Source of the DNA: Bacteroidales bacterium UBA1184
GTDB taxonomy: Bacteria > Bacteroidota > Bacteroidia > Bacteroidales > ML635J-15
NCBI GenBank assembly: GCA_002310235.1
Contig: DBYO01000032.1
Span: 1,462-65,461 of the forward strand
Direction of reading: 5' to 3'
DNA: 64,000 nucleotides
In this document: piece by piece, positions 46,844-56,955 of the stretch
Layout: the number at the start of each line of letters is the position of its first letter
Position numbering within the stretch: the first letter of the stretch is position 1
Notes under the pieces: generated by a model
Database searches by the model: none
Seen by the model: the letters and a program-made list of their open reading frames with translations, nothing else
Told to the model about the DNA's origin: nothing
Translations under genes and position numbers: made by a program

Positions 46844-47944
46844 TTATTTATTACGTTTACAAATCATTATACTATGTCCATGACCTAAATTGTCATGTAT
46901 TTTTTCTACTTCCATTCCTGCTTCACGAACAAGTCTTGCCATATCTTCGGAATGATACATTTTGCTGTTGCCATTGGCGATAGCTGTAAAATACAAACTT
47001 GTCATTGTTAGACAAAACGCTGCTGGTTCGTATTTCTGTCTGTCCCAGAATGTTTCCATAATGTAAACACGGCTTTCGTCATCCATTATTTTTGCTGCTC
47101 TTGACAAAATGCTAAGTATTTCATTTTCGCTAAAGCAGTCGAGGAACTGGCTCATCCATATCGCATCGTAGTGCTTGTCGGTAGGGAAGGAGGCTGTTTT
47201 ATCAAGCAGATTTATGCCGTAACCGTCAATGCGTTCTGCACCTTTTTGTCCTGCGGTAAACTTGCGCATCATTTCCAACTGCTGAGGCAAATCCATTATG
47301 GTTACATTCACATTATTATCGTAACCAACGCATTGCAAAGCCCAGCGACCAGTATTTCCGCCAACGTCGAGCAATGTTTTCGGTTTGTTTGAAAAAACTA
47401 TTTCCAAAGCCTGTGAAAACGAGTTGTCTGAGTAGAAATGGTCGAACCCAAACCAACTTTTCTGCACTTGCTCTGGCAACTGCGACAAGCCTTCGTAAAC
47501 TGTCGGCCAGTCGCCGAAATGCTTAAGTCCTGCAGGCTTGCCTTCAAGCAACGACTCTTCGAGTTTGAACCAACCTTCGTAATTTACATCGTGGTTGAAG
47601 TCCATGTTTACTCTTACGAGTTTGTCGGTAAGCAAAAACCAGCCAGTTTTCGATATGCTGAACCTGTCGGTGTCCTTGTCAACTAGCACAGTACCGATGC
47701 ATAGCGATGCTTCCATCAGCACCTTTACAGCGTATGGCGACAAACCTGTAGCCTTTACTATTTCTTCCTGCGTCATTCCGTCGTTGCTATCACGAAGCAA
47801 ATCGAGAATTCCAAACTTTACCATTAGCCTCGATGCTTGGAAAACTATCGGTCCCCATGCAATCCATTCGGCTTGACGCTGAGCTTCGCGTGCAGAAAGT
47901 TGCTCTTTTGTATATTTTTTTTCTAATTCAGGAAATAAGTCCAT
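46844..47944 (-). CDS. class I SAM-dependent (O-)methyltransferase with N-terminal dimerisation-like domain
   Basis: SAM motif I LLDVGGNTGRWA. Acidic loop IMDLP. ~366 aa, like plant/bacterial small-molecule OMTs. Confidence 0.75.
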   Translation of the reverse strand: MDLFPELEKKYTKEQLSAREAQRQAEWIAWGPIVFQASRLMVKFGILDLLRDSNDGMTQEEIVKATGLSPYAVKVLMEASLCIGTVLVDKDTDRFSISKTGWFLLTDKLVRVNMDFNHDVNYEGWFKLEESLLEGKPAGLKHFGDWPTVYEGLSQLPEQVQKSWFGFDHFYSDNSFSQALEIVFSNKPKTLLDVGGNTGRWALQCVGYDNNVNVTIMDLPQQLEMMRKFTAGQKGAERIDGYGINLLDKTASFPTDKHYDAIWMSQFLDCFSENEILSILSRAAKIMDDESRVYIMETFWDRQKYEPAAFCLTMTSLYFTAIANGNSKMYHSEDMARLVREAGMEVEKIHDNLGHGHSIMICKRNK

Positions 47945-47951
47945 TCGTTTA

Positions 47952-48515
47952 CTATTTTGCTTTTTTTATAAGTTTAGCCAAGTTTTCTGCCAATTCGCGG
48001 TAAGCCTCTACACGACGGATTTCGTTGCCAAATCCAGCACCTGGAACTCCGTCAACATCGAGAACTGCAATAGGTTCTGCTTGTCCTTTCTTGTAAATTT
48101 CCATTGTGCCATATAGATGCGAATCTCCAGCGCCAAAACCTACAGCGACTGCCAATCCGGTTATGCCGTAGTTAAAGTCTTTCACTTTCATAATAATGGT
48201 GTATTCGGCAGAACTTTCATCGGTTGTAGTCTGAACATCTTTGGTTTCTTCGTCAAGACGTTCTCTGAAGTTGCTTTCTGCTCTTGTAATTTCGGCATCG
48301 TAGTCGCGAACCCAGTCGTCACCACGTTCCTTCAAATAAGCATTTACTTCCTTGCCCTCGATTGTGCTGTTAGTGTAGTCCCAGCGGACAAACATTTTTG
48401 CATTTGACTTTTTAAGTTCAACGAGAGACCCCTTGATAACCGTTACATCTGGTTTTGCTGTTGCTGTTGCTATCCCCGTGAGGATAATTAAAATTGCCAA
48501 TAATGTCTTTTTCAT
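47952..48515 (-). CDS. secreted hypothetical protein inside the PKS operon
   Basis: Signal MKKTLLAILIILTGIATATA. 187 aa, no recognised motif. Confidence 0.5.
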   Translation of the reverse strand: MKKTLLAILIILTGIATATAKPDVTVIKGSLVELKKSNAKMFVRWDYTNSTIEGKEVNAYLKERGDDWVRDYDAEITRAESNFRERLDEETKDVQTTTDESSAEYTIIMKVKDFNYGITGLAVAVGFGAGDSHLYGTMEIYKKGQAEPIAVLDVDGVPGAGFGNEIRRVEAYRELAENLAKLIKKAK

Positions 48516-48540
48516 GATTGTACAGATTATATTATTAAAC

Positions 48541-49764
48541 TTATATTTTACGTATTACTAATGCAGAATTTGTGCCACCAAATCCAAATGAATTGGATAG
48601 TATGGTGTTAAGTTTCTTTTCTGTAGCTTTGGTCACAATGTTCAACCCATCGGAATATTCGTCTGGATTTTCGAAGTTTATGTTAGGAGCGATAAAACCG
48701 TTCTGCATCATCAGTATGCAGTAAACTATTTCGCTTGCGCCTGCCATCCAGCATTCGTGTCCGGTCATTGATTTTGTTGATGAGATTGGCGTTTGTATTT
48801 TTCCGAACAGTTGTTTTAATGCCAATGCCTCGAACATGTCGCCTTGAGGTGTCGAAGTTGCGTGAGCGTTTACATAGTCAATGTCTTCAGCTTTTACGCC
48901 AGCTTCTTTTATTGCACGCATCATTGCGCGCATACAACCTTCTTCGCTCGGTTGTGATATGTGGCTTTCGCCGTTTGACGAGAATCCGTATCCGCATACT
49001 TCGGCTAATATTGTGGCTCCACGAGCTATTGCGTGGTCGTAATCTTCGAGTACCAATGCTGCTGCGCCACCGCTTGGAACAAGTCCGTCACGGTTACGGT
49101 CGAATGGGCGGGAGGCTTTTGTTGGCTCGTCTATACGTGTAGAAAAAGCGCTTATACCATCGAAGCTACCCATCGACAGGTAATTGGTTTCTTGTGCACC
49201 ACCGCAAAGTACCATGTCCTGCAGACCATTGCGAATCAATAATGTGCCCAAACCAATTGAGTGAGAGCCACTTGCGCAGGCAGCACTAACGGTCATATTT
49301 ATTCCTTTGAGGTGAAAAATGGTTGACAGGTTCATGGTCACGGTTGAGTTCATCGATTGGAATATTGCAGCGGAGCCAATCAGGGTAGTGTCTTTTTTCT
49401 CCATAGCCATCTCGTGCGATTCGATTACGGCCTTTGCAGATGAATCGTTGCCGAAAATTACGCCAACTTCGTTGTTTTGCAGATAATTTTCATCAATATT
49501 TGCCTGTTGGAATGCTTCAAGTGCGGCTACATATGCGTATTCGCCTTCTTCGGCAAGATACATTCTGAGTTTACGGTCGAGTTTACCCTTAAGTTGTGGC
49601 TTTTCAACTATTCCTGTCAGTGGCGAGCGGTAGCCGTATTCTATGCGTTGTGGATCGATGCCGATGCCAGAACGACCTTCGCGCAATGATGCGGTTACTT
49701 CTTCCTTATTTTTTCCTATGCATGACCAGATGCCTATGCCTGTGATGACTACTCTTCTTGTCAT
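48541..49764 (-). CDS. beta-ketoacyl-ACP synthase (FabB/F-like)
   Basis: Cys in VSAACASGSHSIG. His in NAHATSTPQGD and MTGHECWMAGA. Confidence 0.85.
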   Translation of the reverse strand: MTRRVVITGIGIWSCIGKNKEEVTASLREGRSGIGIDPQRIEYGYRSPLTGIVEKPQLKGKLDRKLRMYLAEEGEYAYVAALEAFQQANIDENYLQNNEVGVIFGNDSSAKAVIESHEMAMEKKDTTLIGSAAIFQSMNSTVTMNLSTIFHLKGINMTVSAACASGSHSIGLGTLLIRNGLQDMVLCGGAQETNYLSMGSFDGISAFSTRIDEPTKASRPFDRNRDGLVPSGGAAALVLEDYDHAIARGATILAEVCGYGFSSNGESHISQPSEEGCMRAMMRAIKEAGVKAEDIDYVNAHATSTPQGDMFEALALKQLFGKIQTPISSTKSMTGHECWMAGASEIVYCILMMQNGFIAPNINFENPDEYSDGLNIVTKATEKKLNTILSNSFGFGGTNSALVIRKI

Positions 49765-49781
49765 AATACTAATTTCCTGTT

Positions 49782-50510
49782 TTATGTGTATAAGCCTCCG
49801 TTTATTGAAATTACCTGCCCTGTGATATATGCTGCATCGTCGGACGCAAGGAACGATGTCAGACTAGCGACTTCTTCGGGTTTTCCGAAACGGCCCATTG
49901 GTATGAGTTTTTTTAGTTCAGCTTCGTTGAGTCCCTTTGTCATGTCGGTGGAAATGAAGCCAGGTGCGATTGCGTTGACAGTTATTTTTCTAGCAGCAAC
50001 TTCTTGTGCCAAAGCTTTTGTCGCGCCAATGAGGGCTGCTTTTGCTGCCGAATAGTTTGTCTGTCCAGGCAGACCCTTTAGTCCCGACAGCGACGACATG
50101 TTTATGATACGTCCGTTTCTGTGGGTTATCATATCTTTCAATAGTCGGCGAGTGATGTAGAAAAATCCGTTTAGTGTAGTGTCAACAACATTGTTCCATT
50201 CGGTTTCCTGCATGAATATCATGAGGTTGTCTTTTCTGATGCCAGCGTTGTTTACCAGTACCGAAATATATTCGTCGGGATGGGCAGACTGCCACGATTC
50301 CAAAGCAGCTTCGATAGCCTTTGAATCGGCTACGTCGAAGGGGAGGAGTTCTCCGTTTCCGCCAGATTCCTGAACTATTTTCAATGTTTCTTCGGCAGCT
50401 TCCTTGTTTGACTGGTAATTGATTATTACAGCAAAACCGTCTTTAGCGAGGCGTAAGGCAACAGCCCTGCCCAAACCACGTGAAGCACCGGTGATGAGAG
50501 CATATTTCAT
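49782..50510 (-). CDS. 3-oxoacyl-ACP reductase (SDR, FabG-like ketoreductase)
   Basis: TGASRGLGRA cofactor motif. NNAG. Catalytic S...YSAAK. Confidence 0.9.
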   Translation of the reverse strand: MKYALITGASRGLGRAVALRLAKDGFAVIINYQSNKEAAEETLKIVQESGGNGELLPFDVADSKAIEAALESWQSAHPDEYISVLVNNAGIRKDNLMIFMQETEWNNVVDTTLNGFFYITRRLLKDMITHRNGRIINMSSLSGLKGLPGQTNYSAAKAALIGATKALAQEVAARKITVNAIAPGFISTDMTKGLNEAELKKLIPMGRFGKPEEVASLTSFLASDDAAYITGQVISINGGLYT

Positions 50511-52048
50511 TATTTCAGATTCAATTTATTAGTTTTCAAATAGTTTTCTATGTTTGCAATGTCCTTGTAAAATGGAGTGTCCTCGATGAAAAGAGGTACT
50601 ATCTTACGGACTTCTTCATATACTTTGCGCGAAGTAGGACAAAGTTTGTCTGCAATTTTGAGACAATCGGTTGCTTGTGCCAATGCAATGTATTGGATTG
50701 CCATAACTTGGAAGCAGTTTTCTACTACATGCTTGCATATCAAAGCTGTGTTAGTCCCCATGCTTACGATGTCCTGATTGTCGTTGTTGTTCGGGATGCT
50801 GTGGACATAGTTTGGCATTGCAAGTGTCTGGCATTCTGCAGTCGTTGATGTTGCAGTAAAACCACATGCCTGCATTCCGTAGTTCAGACCGAGAGTTCCA
50901 AGGTTGAGGAATGGCGGCAAAATGCCGTTTATTCTGTCGTGGAACAGGTAGTTGAGCTGACGTTCGGATGTCATGGCAAGGCGGACAAGTGCTATTTTTA
51001 CCTTGTCTTCCTCAAGCGAAATATAATCGCCATGGAAGTTGCCACCGTGATAAACATATTGTGATTCGGGGTCAACTATTGGGTTGTCGCATGCCGAGTT
51101 GAGTTCGTCTTCGATTATATTGCGAGCATATTGCAGTGTGTCGTATATGGGACCCAATATCTGAGGAGTACAGCGAAGCGAATAATATGCCTGAACCTTG
51201 TGTTCAAACACTTTTACGTCCTTGTGTCCGTAGTCGTAAAGCTCGTGTGCGCGCTTTTTCATACATTTAGAACCTTCGGCTATTTCACGCATACGGCGAG
51301 CAATTACTTGTTGACCTTCGTGGCGGCGGCATTCGTTTTCTTCTAGTGCCATATAATCGTCGAATGAAGAAGCGATTTCGTTCATCCATACTGCGGCAAG
51401 TGTTGCCCAATCGAGAATATTTTCGGCATATATCTGGTTTACAATGCTAATTCCCGTCATTACGGATGTTCCATTGGTAATAGAAAGTCCTTCGCGAATG
51501 TGAACTTTCAATGGGGTTAACCCGAGTTGCTTCATCACGTCTGAAGATTTGCGCCATTCTCCTTTGTAGTGGACTTCGCCCTCGCCAATGAGACATAATG
51601 CTATGTGTGCCAGTTGTACGAGGTCGCCACTTGCGCCTACGCTGCCGTGCATTGGAATAAATGGGTATATGCCTTCGTTTATGAACGAAATGAGTAGTTT
51701 TGCAACATCGGGATGAACACCGGACCGGCATTGTAATACTGTGCCGAGACGGGCTATCATTGCCGACTTTACATAAATGTCGTCCAATGGTTCTCCTGCA
51801 CCAGTAGCGTGACTGCGAATTATATTGTATTGTAAATCAGAAAGGTATCTGTCGTCAACGCGCCATTGCGCCATAGGACCGAAGCCTGTGTTTATCCCGT
51901 ATATGACTTTTTCTGCAGCAAATTTCTCCAGAAAATGATAGCAGGCATCAACGCGGTCAATCCATTCTTTGGAAATATTGATGTTTTCGGTTGAAAATAG
52001 TATTTTTTCAACCTCATTGAGTGTTAATCTATCAGTAAATATTGTCAT
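50510..52048 (-). CDS. aromatic amino acid ammonia-lyase, flexirubin-type tyrosine ammonia-lyase-like
   Basis: MIO-forming GSVGASGDL. Long blocks (YGINTGFGPMAQWR, LQYNIIRSHATGAG, YHGGNFHGDYISLE, YVHSIPNNNDNQDIVSMGTN) match my recollection of Flavobacterium johnsoniae TAL. No alignment was computed. Confidence 0.8.
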   Translation of the reverse strand: MTIFTDRLTLNEVEKILFSTENINISKEWIDRVDACYHFLEKFAAEKVIYGINTGFGPMAQWRVDDRYLSDLQYNIIRSHATGAGEPLDDIYVKSAMIARLGTVLQCRSGVHPDVAKLLISFINEGIYPFIPMHGSVGASGDLVQLAHIALCLIGEGEVHYKGEWRKSSDVMKQLGLTPLKVHIREGLSITNGTSVMTGISIVNQIYAENILDWATLAAVWMNEIASSFDDYMALEENECRRHEGQQVIARRMREIAEGSKCMKKRAHELYDYGHKDVKVFEHKVQAYYSLRCTPQILGPIYDTLQYARNIIEDELNSACDNPIVDPESQYVYHGGNFHGDYISLEEDKVKIALVRLAMTSERQLNYLFHDRINGILPPFLNLGTLGLNYGMQACGFTATSTTAECQTLAMPNYVHSIPNNNDNQDIVSMGTNTALICKHVVENCFQVMAIQYIALAQATDCLKIADKLCPTSRKVYEEVRKIVPLFIEDTPFYKDIANIENYLKTNKLNLK

Positions 52049-52086
52049 AACAACATTTCTTATGTGTCTAAGAATTTTTAAAACTG

Positions 52087-52094
52087 CAAAGATA
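52087..52094 (-). promoter_or_regulatory. -7 promoter box TATCTTTG for the PKS operon
   Basis: Plus-strand caaagata, 39 nt upstream of the ATG at 52048. Confidence 0.5.
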
Positions 52095-52248
52095 TTAAAT
52101 ATTGTCCAAATTTCAGTATATTATTAAGTATAAAAATGTCAACAAATAATTAAAATATTGACAGGTAGGAACGTATGCTGTAAAAAATTAAACGTGCTTA
52201 TCTTTGTGCTTTATGCTTCCTTTTGAGTTGTGTGTATTTCAAGCACAT

Positions 52249-52284
52249 AAAAAAGCATACCAAATGCTTTGAAATGGTATGCTT
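52249..52284 (-). terminator. rho-independent terminator after the LRR gene
   Basis: 10-bp arms aagcatacca (52253-52262) and tggtatgctt (52275-52284). On the minus strand they are followed by a T-run (plus A-run 52249-52254). Confidence 0.6.
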
Positions 52285-52304
52285 TAGTATAGGGTAGTTG
52301 TATG

Positions 52305-53462
52305 TTACTTCGACATGGATTCTTTAACTTCTTTGAACCGTTTGCATGCAGGCAGTTGCTTGTAGTATGATCCGCATAGTTTTGGAATCGATAGTATGGC
52401 ATCTTCTGGGAGTCCTTCAAATGCGTCGTCAGCTATTTCTACATTTCCGCCGTCAATTCTGACATAGGTAAGTTTTTTGCAATTTTTGAAAGCACCCTTT
52501 TCTATTTTTGTTATAGTCGAAGGGATTCTTACGTTAGTAATATCGCAGCTATTGAATGCGTTTACATCCAAAGTTGTTATGTTGTATGGAACATTTTCCT
52601 TTGTTACCGAATACGGAAGTTTTAATTCTCCGCTAACATCATCGTACGATTCTTCGCTTTTGATATAAGGAGTTTGTATTCCGTACGAAATAATAGATGC
52701 AGTGCCTTCGTCCTGATTAGTTACATTGCAGATAAATTTCTGGCCAGTTTCGGCTGTTGCCCAGAAAGTGTCTGCACTTGACTTATCGGCATCGCGTTCA
52801 ATAATTTTCTTTGCATCGCTCCATGGTTCCGTTTTGCTGTATGTATCCGCAGTTTTTGGAGGAACAATGAGAGTAACACCATATAGGTAAAAATCGGAAT
52901 GCGGAGCGAATTCAGGCGGAGTTTCGCAATACAACTCAATGGTTTTTAGTTTTTTGCAATGCTCAAATGCTCCAGTGTTTATCTTTTTCATTTCGGGAGG
53001 AAGTATTATTGCTTCGAGTTCCGAACATCCGCTGAATGCATCAATTCCAATTTCAGTTACCGATAGTGGCAGCAGGACTTTTTTCAGTTTTTTGCAATCC
53101 TTGAATGCTTGTATGCCAATGCATGTTATCGGGTAGTTTACACCCTGATAGGTTATGCGTTTAGGTACGGTTACTGTGCCGTTGATTGCATTGTTGTATT
53201 TCTGTATGGTTTCGTAAACAAATGGTATCCACGCGGTGTCGATGGTATTTTTTACCTTTTCCGATTGTCCTACTGCAGGAGTAAGTGGGGCAATCACTTC
53301 GTATGATGGCGGAGTCTTCACTTTGTCGTACTTGTTCTCCTTGTTTACCTTCAAGCCAAAGTAGAGCGTGTTTCCGTTGTCATCTACACGTGTAATGTTT
53401 TGTGCTGCAACTGGCAAAGCCATGATTGCTGCGGCCATTAATATTAATAGAGTCTTCCTCAT
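52305..53462 (-). CDS. BspA-type leucine-rich repeat (LRR_5) surface protein
   Basis: Signal MRKTLLILMAAAIMALPVAAQ. Repeats of the I.IGI.AF..C..L..V.LP..V..I pattern (IGIQAFKDCKKLKKVLLPLSVTEIGIDAFSGCSELEAIILP...). Confidence 0.8.
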   Translation of the reverse strand: MRKTLLILMAAAIMALPVAAQNITRVDDNGNTLYFGLKVNKENKYDKVKTPPSYEVIAPLTPAVGQSEKVKNTIDTAWIPFVYETIQKYNNAINGTVTVPKRITYQGVNYPITCIGIQAFKDCKKLKKVLLPLSVTEIGIDAFSGCSELEAIILPPEMKKINTGAFEHCKKLKTIELYCETPPEFAPHSDFYLYGVTLIVPPKTADTYSKTEPWSDAKKIIERDADKSSADTFWATAETGQKFICNVTNQDEGTASIISYGIQTPYIKSEESYDDVSGELKLPYSVTKENVPYNITTLDVNAFNSCDITNVRIPSTITKIEKGAFKNCKKLTYVRIDGGNVEIADDAFEGLPEDAILSIPKLCGSYYKQLPACKRFKEVKESMSK

Positions 53463-53665
53463 AACAAAAAAAATTAATCCAAATTCGGAGTTAAAAGTAC
53501 AAATATTATTCCGATTAAGTGAATTTTTTTTGATTTTTTTGTTTGGTCTTATTTGTGCTGTTTATATTGTTGATATTTAGTGGTTTAAGTGCTGGTTTTA
53601 TAATTCTTTTAAAGTAATTTGTATGTTTTGTGAGTTGTATATTTTTAGAAGTCGCTGTTTTTATG

Positions 53666-53673
53666 TAATTTTG
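53666..53673 (+). promoter_or_regulatory. -7 promoter box TAATTTTG
   Basis: Matches TAnnTTTG, 29 nt upstream of the lepA ATG. Confidence 0.4.
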
Positions 53674-53701
53674 CGCCTAAATTTTCGAAAATTCACAATT
53701 G

Positions 53702-55492
53702 ATGAAGAACATACGCAATTTTTGCATAATAGCACATATCGACCACGGAAAGAGCACATTGGCCGACCGTCTCCTACAATATACAGGTACAGTTTCGGAA
53801 CGAAATTTCCAGAATCAGGTTCTTGATGACATGGATTTGGAACGCGAACGAGGCATAACCATAAAAAGTCACGCCATACAGATGGAATATGAGGCAAAGG
53901 ATGGACAGAAATACATTCTTAACCTTATCGATACTCCAGGACACGTGGACTTTTCGTACGAAGTTAGCCGTTCCATAGCTGCATGCGAAGGAGCTCTGCT
54001 GGTAGTTGATGCTACACAGGGTGTTCAGGCTCAGACGATTTCAGTTCTTTATCAGGCTATTGAACACGATTTGGAAATCATTCCTGTGCTTAACAAGATT
54101 GACCTCGATGCTGCTATGCCCGAACTTGTCGAAGACCAGATAATCGACCTTATAGGTTGCGACCGCGAGGATATTCTTCGTGCCAGCGGAAAGACCGGCG
54201 AGGGCGTTGAGGATGTGCTCGAGGCAATCGTAAGCAAGATTCCTGCACCAAAGGGCGACCCCGAAGCTCCGTTCGAGGCTCTTATCTTCGACTCGGTTTT
54301 CAACCCATTCCGTGGAATAGTTGTGTATTTCCGTATTTTCAACGGCACGGTTAATACAAAGGATCTTGTGAAGTTCGTTAATACTGGTCGCGAGTACAAT
54401 GCCGAGGAAATCGGTGTGCTCAAGATGGACTACTCGCCGCGCAAGACTTTGTCGGCAGGCGATGTGGGATACATAATTTCCGGTATCAAGACGGCCGTGG
54501 AGGTGAAGGTTGGTGATACAATAACTCAAGTTGACCGTCCGTGCGCCGAGGCTATTGCCGGTTTCTCGGAAGTGAAACCAATGCTTTATGCCGGTATTTA
54601 TCCTGTCGATGCCGACGACTATGAAGAACTTCGTGCTTCGATAGAAAAGTTGCAGCTCAACGATGCTTCGCTTACATACGATCTCGAATCGTCGGCAGCA
54701 TTGGGATTCGGTTTCCGCTGCGGATTCCTTGGACTGCTTCACATGGAGATTGTTCAGGAACGTCTCGACCGTGAGTTCAAGATGGATGTCATAACTACTG
54801 TTCCAAACGTTCAGTATCTTGCATACACAACCAAGGGCGAGAAGGTTGAGGTTCACAATCCGTCGGGAATGCCTGGACCAAACTATCTCGATCACGTTGA
54901 GGAGCCGTTTATCCGCGGAACGATCATCACAAAGGCCGATTATGTAGGTCCTATAATCAAATTGTGTATCGACAAGCGTGGAACTTTCCTGAATCAGGTT
55001 TACCTGAGTGCCGACCGCGTTGAGTTGCATTTCGACTTGCCGCTTGGCGAAATAGTCTTCGACTTCTATGACAAGCTGAAGAGCATCTCGAAGGGTTATG
55101 CTTCGTTCGACTATCACCAGTCGGAATACAAGTTGTCGAAACTCGTACGTCTCGATATTTTGTTGAACGGCGAAATGGTTGATGCCTTGTCGACGCTAAC
55201 GCATGTAAGCAATGCGCAGACTTTTGGTCGCCGTATGTGCGAAAAACTGAAGGAACTTATCCCTCGCCATCAGTTCGATGTTGCAATTCAGGCAGCAATC
55301 GGCGGAAAGATTATCGCCCGTGAAACTGTGAAGGCTGTACGCAAGGATGTTACTGCTAAATGTTATGGCGGTGATATCACCCGTAAGCGCAAGCTTCTTG
55401 AAAAGCAGAAGGAAGGTAAGAAGCGTATGCGTCAGATAGGTTCGGTCGAAGTTCCGCAGTCGGCATTCCTCGCTGTGCTGAAGCTTGATTAG
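53702..55492 (+). CDS. lepA: translation elongation factor 4
   Basis: [23 protein letters not shown]1 motif, [13 protein letters not shown], and the LepA-specific C-terminal domain ([24 protein letters not shown]). Confidence 0.97.
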   Translation: MKNIRNFCIIAHIDHGKSTLADRLLQYTGTVSERNFQNQVLDDMDLERERGITIKSHAIQMEYEAKDGQKYILNLIDTPGHVDFSYEVSRSIAACEGALLVVDATQGVQAQTISVLYQAIEHDLEIIPVLNKIDLDAAMPELVEDQIIDLIGCDREDILRASGKTGEGVEDVLEAIVSKIPAPKGDPEAPFEALIFDSVFNPFRGIVVYFRIFNGTVNTKDLVKFVNTGREYNAEEIGVLKMDYSPRKTLSAGDVGYIISGIKTAVEVKVGDTITQVDRPCAEAIAGFSEVKPMLYAGIYPVDADDYEELRASIEKLQLNDASLTYDLESSAALGFGFRCGFLGLLHMEIVQERLDREFKMDVITTVPNVQYLAYTTKGEKVEVHNPSGMPGPNYLDHVEEPFIRGTIITKADYVGPIIKLCIDKRGTFLNQVYLSADRVELHFDLPLGEIVFDFYDKLKSISKGYASFDYHQSEYKLSKLVRLDILLNGEMVDALSTLTHVSNAQTFGRRMCEKLKELIPRHQFDVAIQAAIGGKIIARETVKAVRKDVTAKCYGGDITRKRKLLEKQKEGKKRMRQIGSVEVPQSAFLAVLKLD

Positions 55493-55594
55493 ACGCTAGC
55501 CTTTTTGTTAACTTTCACGCTTTAATAAATACTTTTCTTTCTTGTTCCTGCTGATGGTATATTATATACCTTCGCGGAAAATTTTGTTTGTATC

Positions 55595-56410
55595 ATGGAA
55601 AAACAGCACGCCCATAAGGAACAACTTTTGAAGATGCAGAAGTTGTATAAGGAATACAGGTCTGCAGTAGCCAATAAATTGCCGGATGAAGATGTTGAAG
55701 CTTCTCGGATTGCTTTTTATGATATTTGCGACAACTACGACTGGATGGATTATGTGGTTGAGGAAAATGGCTGCGAGAAGTTGATTAACATAAAGGATGA
55801 GGTGCTTGTTCCTGCAAAGTATGAGCGTTTAGGTTGTTGCCGCGGGAAGGTCAACGACCGTAAGTTTCCTGTATCTGCCATGTCGGATGGGAAATGGGGA
55901 CTTGTTATGCCAGATGGTTACGGTACGGTAGTACTAGGTTTCGATTACGATGAGATTGAGTGTTTCGACAAGTTTTTTGTCGTTTCGAAGTCGGGTAGGA
56001 AAGGTGTCGCTGACAAAAAGGGCAGATTGCTTGTACCATGCTCGATGGATGACGTTGTTTTCCGTCCTATATTCATAACCAACGAGGATGACGGTCGTTC
56101 GTGGTACGATGACTGTATGTTCGAGCTACGCAGTGGCGACAAGGTAGGTGTGCTCACTATGGATGGCCAGTATGTTAAGCCGTTGTATGATGAAATTTTG
56201 TTTTCAGAAATCCTTGAAACCGATGAGGCTCTTGGCGCTGTACTTGATGGGCGAGACGGATGCGTTTCAGTTGATGGAAAACTTGTTCCCGATGAGGATT
56301 TCGAAAAATACGAGGATAAACTTATATATGCCAAAGGCCGCTACAGCCATCGTTCGTCGTACAACTACGAACTTGACGTGAAAATGGGTTACGCCGAGGG
56401 AAAGATATAA
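55595..56410 (+). CDS. WG (KWG) repeat-containing protein
   Basis: Repeated motifs DGKWGLVMPDG, SGRKGVADKKGRLLVP and GDKVGVLTMDGQYVKP. Confidence 0.7.
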   Translation: MEKQHAHKEQLLKMQKLYKEYRSAVANKLPDEDVEASRIAFYDICDNYDWMDYVVEENGCEKLINIKDEVLVPAKYERLGCCRGKVNDRKFPVSAMSDGKWGLVMPDGYGTVVLGFDYDEIECFDKFFVVSKSGRKGVADKKGRLLVPCSMDDVVFRPIFITNEDDGRSWYDDCMFELRSGDKVGVLTMDGQYVKPLYDEILFSEILETDEALGAVLDGRDGCVSVDGKLVPDEDFEKYEDKLIYAKGRYSHRSSYNYELDVKMGYAEGKI

Positions 56411-56415
56411 AGTGC

Positions 56416-56955
56416 TTATTCCTCTACTGTAATATTCTCGGCAATCAAATCCTTCAGATTGTTGATGATGTTGACATCATTTAGGTTCATACCTTCGAAG
56501 ACTTCCTTAACGTCGGCTGTGCTAAGTTCGAAATAGTCTTCGTCGGTGGTGTACTTGATGATGAAGTTGATGTCCTGGTACTGGCAGATGAAGTTGCTGA
56601 AACATCCGGCAAGGTCGCCTTTGGGTTGCAGGTCGATATGCGAACGCTGGTAGTCGGCGTAGATTTCGGTACCCTTGCCAACTTCCGACTTCAGGTAGAA
56701 CTTGCCGTTGCATAGTTCAGAATGGAATTTCAGCAGGGCTATGCCCATACCAATCTTACGTTCGGGACGCGACGAGTAGAAGGTCTCGTTTATGGCATCC
56801 ATCATCTCCTTGGGCATTCCGCAGCCATTGTCGATAATCTTGAGTGACAGCAAGTCCTGTTTTGCGCTGTCGACCATCTCAATCACAATCTCCGTAGCCT
56901 TTGCACGGATAGAATTGTGAACTATGTCAATTATATGTAAATCAAGTGTTTTCAT
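56416..56955 (-). CDS. GHKL-type (HATPase_c) ATP-binding protein
   Basis: N-box HIIDIVHNSIRA. G1 IIDNGCGMP. G2-like GMGIALLKF. Then GKGTEIY. 179 aa with no sensor or DHp domain. Confidence 0.7.
   Translation of the reverse strand: MKTLDLHIIDIVHNSIRAKATEIVIEMVDSAKQDLLSLKIIDNGCGMPKEMMDAINETFYSSRPERKIGMGIALLKFHSELCNGKFYLKSEVGKGTEIYADYQRSHIDLQPKGDLAGCFSNFICQYQDINFIIKYTTDEDYFELSTADVKEVFEGMNLNDVNIINNLKDLIAENITVEE

Noticed and set aside
52211-52420. 69-aa minus-strand ORF in the spacer after the LRR gene
   Set aside because: It overlaps the LRR gene 3' end and its terminator hairpin, and it has no start context or motif. It is most likely non-coding.
54041-55117. 358-aa minus-strand ORF opposite lepA
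   Set aside because: lepA is unambiguous, so the antisense frame is a statistical shadow ORF.
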